From Victivallaceae bacterium (GTDB lineage: Bacteria > Verrucomicrobiota > Lentisphaeria > Victivallales > Victivallaceae): a stretch of 64,000 nt of DNA. The stretch is taken from positions 2,250 to 66,249 of the forward strand of contig JAZONW010000015.1 in NCBI GenBank assembly GCA_045654745.1, written 5' to 3'. The position numbers were made by a program, and so were the translations under genes. Positions within the stretch are counted from its first letter, which is position 1. Every line of letters starts with the position of its first letter. Under the pieces are notes generated by a model that saw only the letters and a list, made by a program, of their open reading frames with translations, did no database searches and had not been told where the DNA came from. Shown here piece by piece: positions 62,317 through 64,000 of the stretch.

Positions 62317-63199
62317 CCATGCCGATATCATCGGCATTGCAAAAAATCATTGCCAAACGATCCATACCCAAAGCACATCCGGATGATTCCGGCAGACCGC
62401 TGTCCAGAGCTTGCATAAATTCCACTGCCTCCGGATATTTTGCCATATTTCTTGCCTCTCTGAATGCGGCACTTGCTTTAAATCTGGATTTTTGCTCGTC
62501 AGCATCGGTCAACTCGCCAAAAGCATTGGCAAGTTCCATGCCGGAAATATACATTTCCCACCGCTGGGCAGTCAGTGGATCGTCGGGCGAAATACGCGAG
62601 AGCGATGCTCTTGCCGCCGGATAATCCATTAAAAATGTTATCTTGCCATTTCCCAGTTCGGGTTCCACTTTTGTAACCATCAATTCATCAAAAATGTCCC
62701 CCTGCCGGTCGGCTTCAAAAGCGGAAATCCCGGCATAACGGCGGAAAGCATCATCGACGGTGATATATTCAACTTGAGAAAAATCTATTTCCCGGTCAAG
62801 ATAAGTGATTTTTTCTCCGCCGGTAAGCTCCCGGACTGTAAAGCGCAGCATTTCGTGGGTAAATGATGCCAGAGTAAGATAGTCGTACCCGGCGGCGTAG
62901 TATTCCAGCATAGTGAATTCCTGACGGTGCTTGCGGCCATACTCACCCAGCCGGAAACAACTGCCGATCTGAAAGATTTTTTCCGCTCCTTTTGCCAGCA
63001 GACATTTCATTTCCAATTCAGGACTGGTACGCAAAAAAGCATCCAGCGACGGAACTGCTTCGATATATTCTTCCGGGGCAGGGGCGGCAATGCGCACGGC
63101 TGTCTCAGTTTCGATGAAATCATGCCGGTAAAAAAAATCACGCACTGCGCGCAACAGTTGCGAACGCAGTGCAAGATTTTGCAAAAGTTGTTTTGCCAT
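62306..63199 (-). CDS. epmA: EF-P--(R)-beta-lysine ligase (truncated class II LysRS paralogue)
   Basis: Class II aaRS core without an anticodon domain (FRLGEYGRKHRQEFTMLEYY, GCALGMDRL). 297 aa. Directly downstream of efp. Confidence 0.8.
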   Translation of the reverse strand: MAKQLLQNLALRSQLLRAVRDFFYRHDFIETETAVRIAAPAPEEYIEAVPSLDAFLRTSPELEMKCLLAKGAEKIFQIGSCFRLGEYGRKHRQEFTMLEYYAAGYDYLTLASFTHEMLRFTVRELTGGEKITYLDREIDFSQVEYITVDDAFRRYAGISAFEADRQGDIFDELMVTKVEPELGNGKITFLMDYPAARASLSRISPDDPLTAQRWEMYISGMELANAFGELTDADEQKSRFKASAAFREARNMAKYPEAVEFMQALDSGLPESSGCALGMDRLAMIFCNADDIGMVRA

Positions 63200-63204
63200 A
63201 CGGA

Positions 63205-63771
63205 TTATGCTTTGCTGACACGTTCAGCGTATTCACCGGTACGGGTGTCGATTTTGATCACATCGCCCTGATTGATAAAAAGCGGTACCTGCAATTCATA
63301 ACCGTTGTCGATTTTCGCCGGTTTCATCACATTGGTAGCGGTATCGCCACGGACGCCGGGTTCGGTTTCGGTGATTTCTTTTTCAATAAAAGTCGGCAGA
63401 GTGATTTCAATGGGTTCGCCGTTGAAAAGAACGAAATTGCAGAGGCTTTCTTCCAGCAGGAAGTAGATCTTGTTGCCCAGGGTTTCAGCGGAAACAGCCA
63501 TTTCTTCGTAGGTATCCGGATCGCTGAAAATGTAGCTGTGACCGTCGAAATAAGAGTAATACATTTCTCTTTCTTCGATATCGGGAGTATCCATTTTATC
63601 GGTGGGACGATAGGTTTTTTCCATACCGATACCGGTGATCATATTTTTCATACGGCAGCGGTAAAGGGCCGTACCTTTGCCGGGTTTGCAGAATTCGAAT
63701 TCGGTAATGACCCAGGGGGCTCCGTCGATCAGGATCTTGAGACCTTTTTTCAAATCAGAAGCACTGTACAT
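63205..63771 (-). CDS. efp: Elongation factor P
   Basis: MYSASDLKKGLKILIDGAPWVITEFEFCKPGKGTA with the modifiable Lys in the PGKG loop. 188 aa. Confidence 0.95.
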   Translation of the reverse strand: MYSASDLKKGLKILIDGAPWVITEFEFCKPGKGTALYRCRMKNMITGIGMEKTYRPTDKMDTPDIEEREMYYSYFDGHSYIFSDPDTYEEMAVSAETLGNKIYFLLEESLCNFVLFNGEPIEITLPTFIEKEITETEPGVRGDTATNVMKPAKIDNGYELQVPLFINQGDVIKIDTRTGEYAERVSKA

Positions 63772-63811
63772 AATTTTTCTCCTTGTTTATCAACTTTTTA
63801 AAGATTCTCTT

Positions 63812-63840
63812 AATATATACCTTAAACGGCTTTTTTTCAA
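63812..63840 (-). promoter_or_regulatory. Candidate promoter of efp-epmA
   Basis: On the minus strand: CTTGAAAAAAAGCC with TTGAAA, 17-nt spacer, TATATT. About 40 nt upstream of the efp ATG. Confidence 0.45.
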
Positions 63841-63999
63841 GCTCCTGTATCTTTTTTAGCGAGCTTGGATAAGTTGTCCGGCAAAAACTCCGGCGGAATG
63901 GGGGATGAAGCAATTATTTCTCTGCCGCTGACCGGATGGCAGAATGATATATCGGATGAATGAAGTGCCTGCCGGTTGAGTACAAGTATTTTTCGGTCG
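63837..63999 (-). CDS. Partial CDS: C-terminus of an RluA-family pseudouridine synthase
   Basis: The frame running off the window end reads ...ILVLNRQALHSSDISFCHPVSGREIIASSPIPPEFLPDNL...*. This matches the family C-terminal pattern LHa..l.F.HP.tge.....p.P..f. Confidence 0.5.
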   Translation of the reverse strand, partial: DRKILVLNRQALHSSDISFCHPVSGREIIASSPIPPEFLPDNLSKLAKKDTGA

Positions 64000-64000
64000 G

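Noticed and set aside
1-63999. CRISPR arrays, rRNA genes, intact IS elements or transposases
   Set aside because: None were seen. No regularly spaced direct repeats were seen, and the only recombinase signal is the 3' integrase stump.

Overview
The window looks like a bacterial chromosome segment. Single 60-nt lines counted by hand give about 52% GC in housekeeping genes. The gene content suggests a PVC-type (Lentisphaerota or Verrucomicrobiota-like) glycan degrader, but that is a guess. All product calls come from motifs read by eye, because no searches could be run.

Layout:
- 1-19.5 kb is housekeeping: an Aas-like fusion, rpmF-plsX-fabH, recJ, tRNA-Arg(CCT), a LysM lipoprotein, an ABC-F ATPase, argB-hisH-hisF and lepA.
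- 19.5-34.9 kb is one 15-gene minus-strand surface-glycan operon of lower GC (about 38% in one sampled line). It encodes NeuB/NeuA-family nonulosonic-acid genes, a CBS-GNAT protein, Wzx, a GT52-like putative sialyltransferase, Wzy, GT6, a GT11 fucosyltransferase, a pyruvyl transferase with its FeS partner, GT2, an epimerase, two GT-C-like membrane proteins and a PF14907-like nucleotidyltransferase.
- 35-40.4 kb holds AraC, rhaA and secreted hydrolase-like genes that share an operator-like motif.
- 40.4-52.1 kb is an accessory, defence-island-like stretch. It contains a WYL regulator, then a co-directional string: Lon-like protease, J-domain protein, HIRAN protein, ADP-ribosylglycohydrolase and a frameshifted PUA-like gene. 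Next come an integrase 3' remnant and a very AT-rich cassette (about 33% GC in one sampled line) of XRE, Dam-type methyltransferase and an ABC-ATPase/Toprim(OLD)-like protein, ending at tRNA-Met.
- 52-64 kb is housekeeping again: a B3-like MBL-fold protein, tRNA-Leu(TAG), dut, EamA, dapA, a PTP, proA, V-ATPase I and K only, epmA-efp and a partial RluA-family gene.

No rRNA, CRISPR array or intact transposase was seen.

The best candidates for something undescribed are:
- the J-domain/HIRAN/ARH string with its Lon-like neighbour, which shares an exact 14-nt motif with the WYL regulator's promoter region;
- the Dam plus OLD-like R-M-like cassette.

The GT6+GT11 pair predicts a histo-blood-group-like, possibly sialylated, surface glycan.
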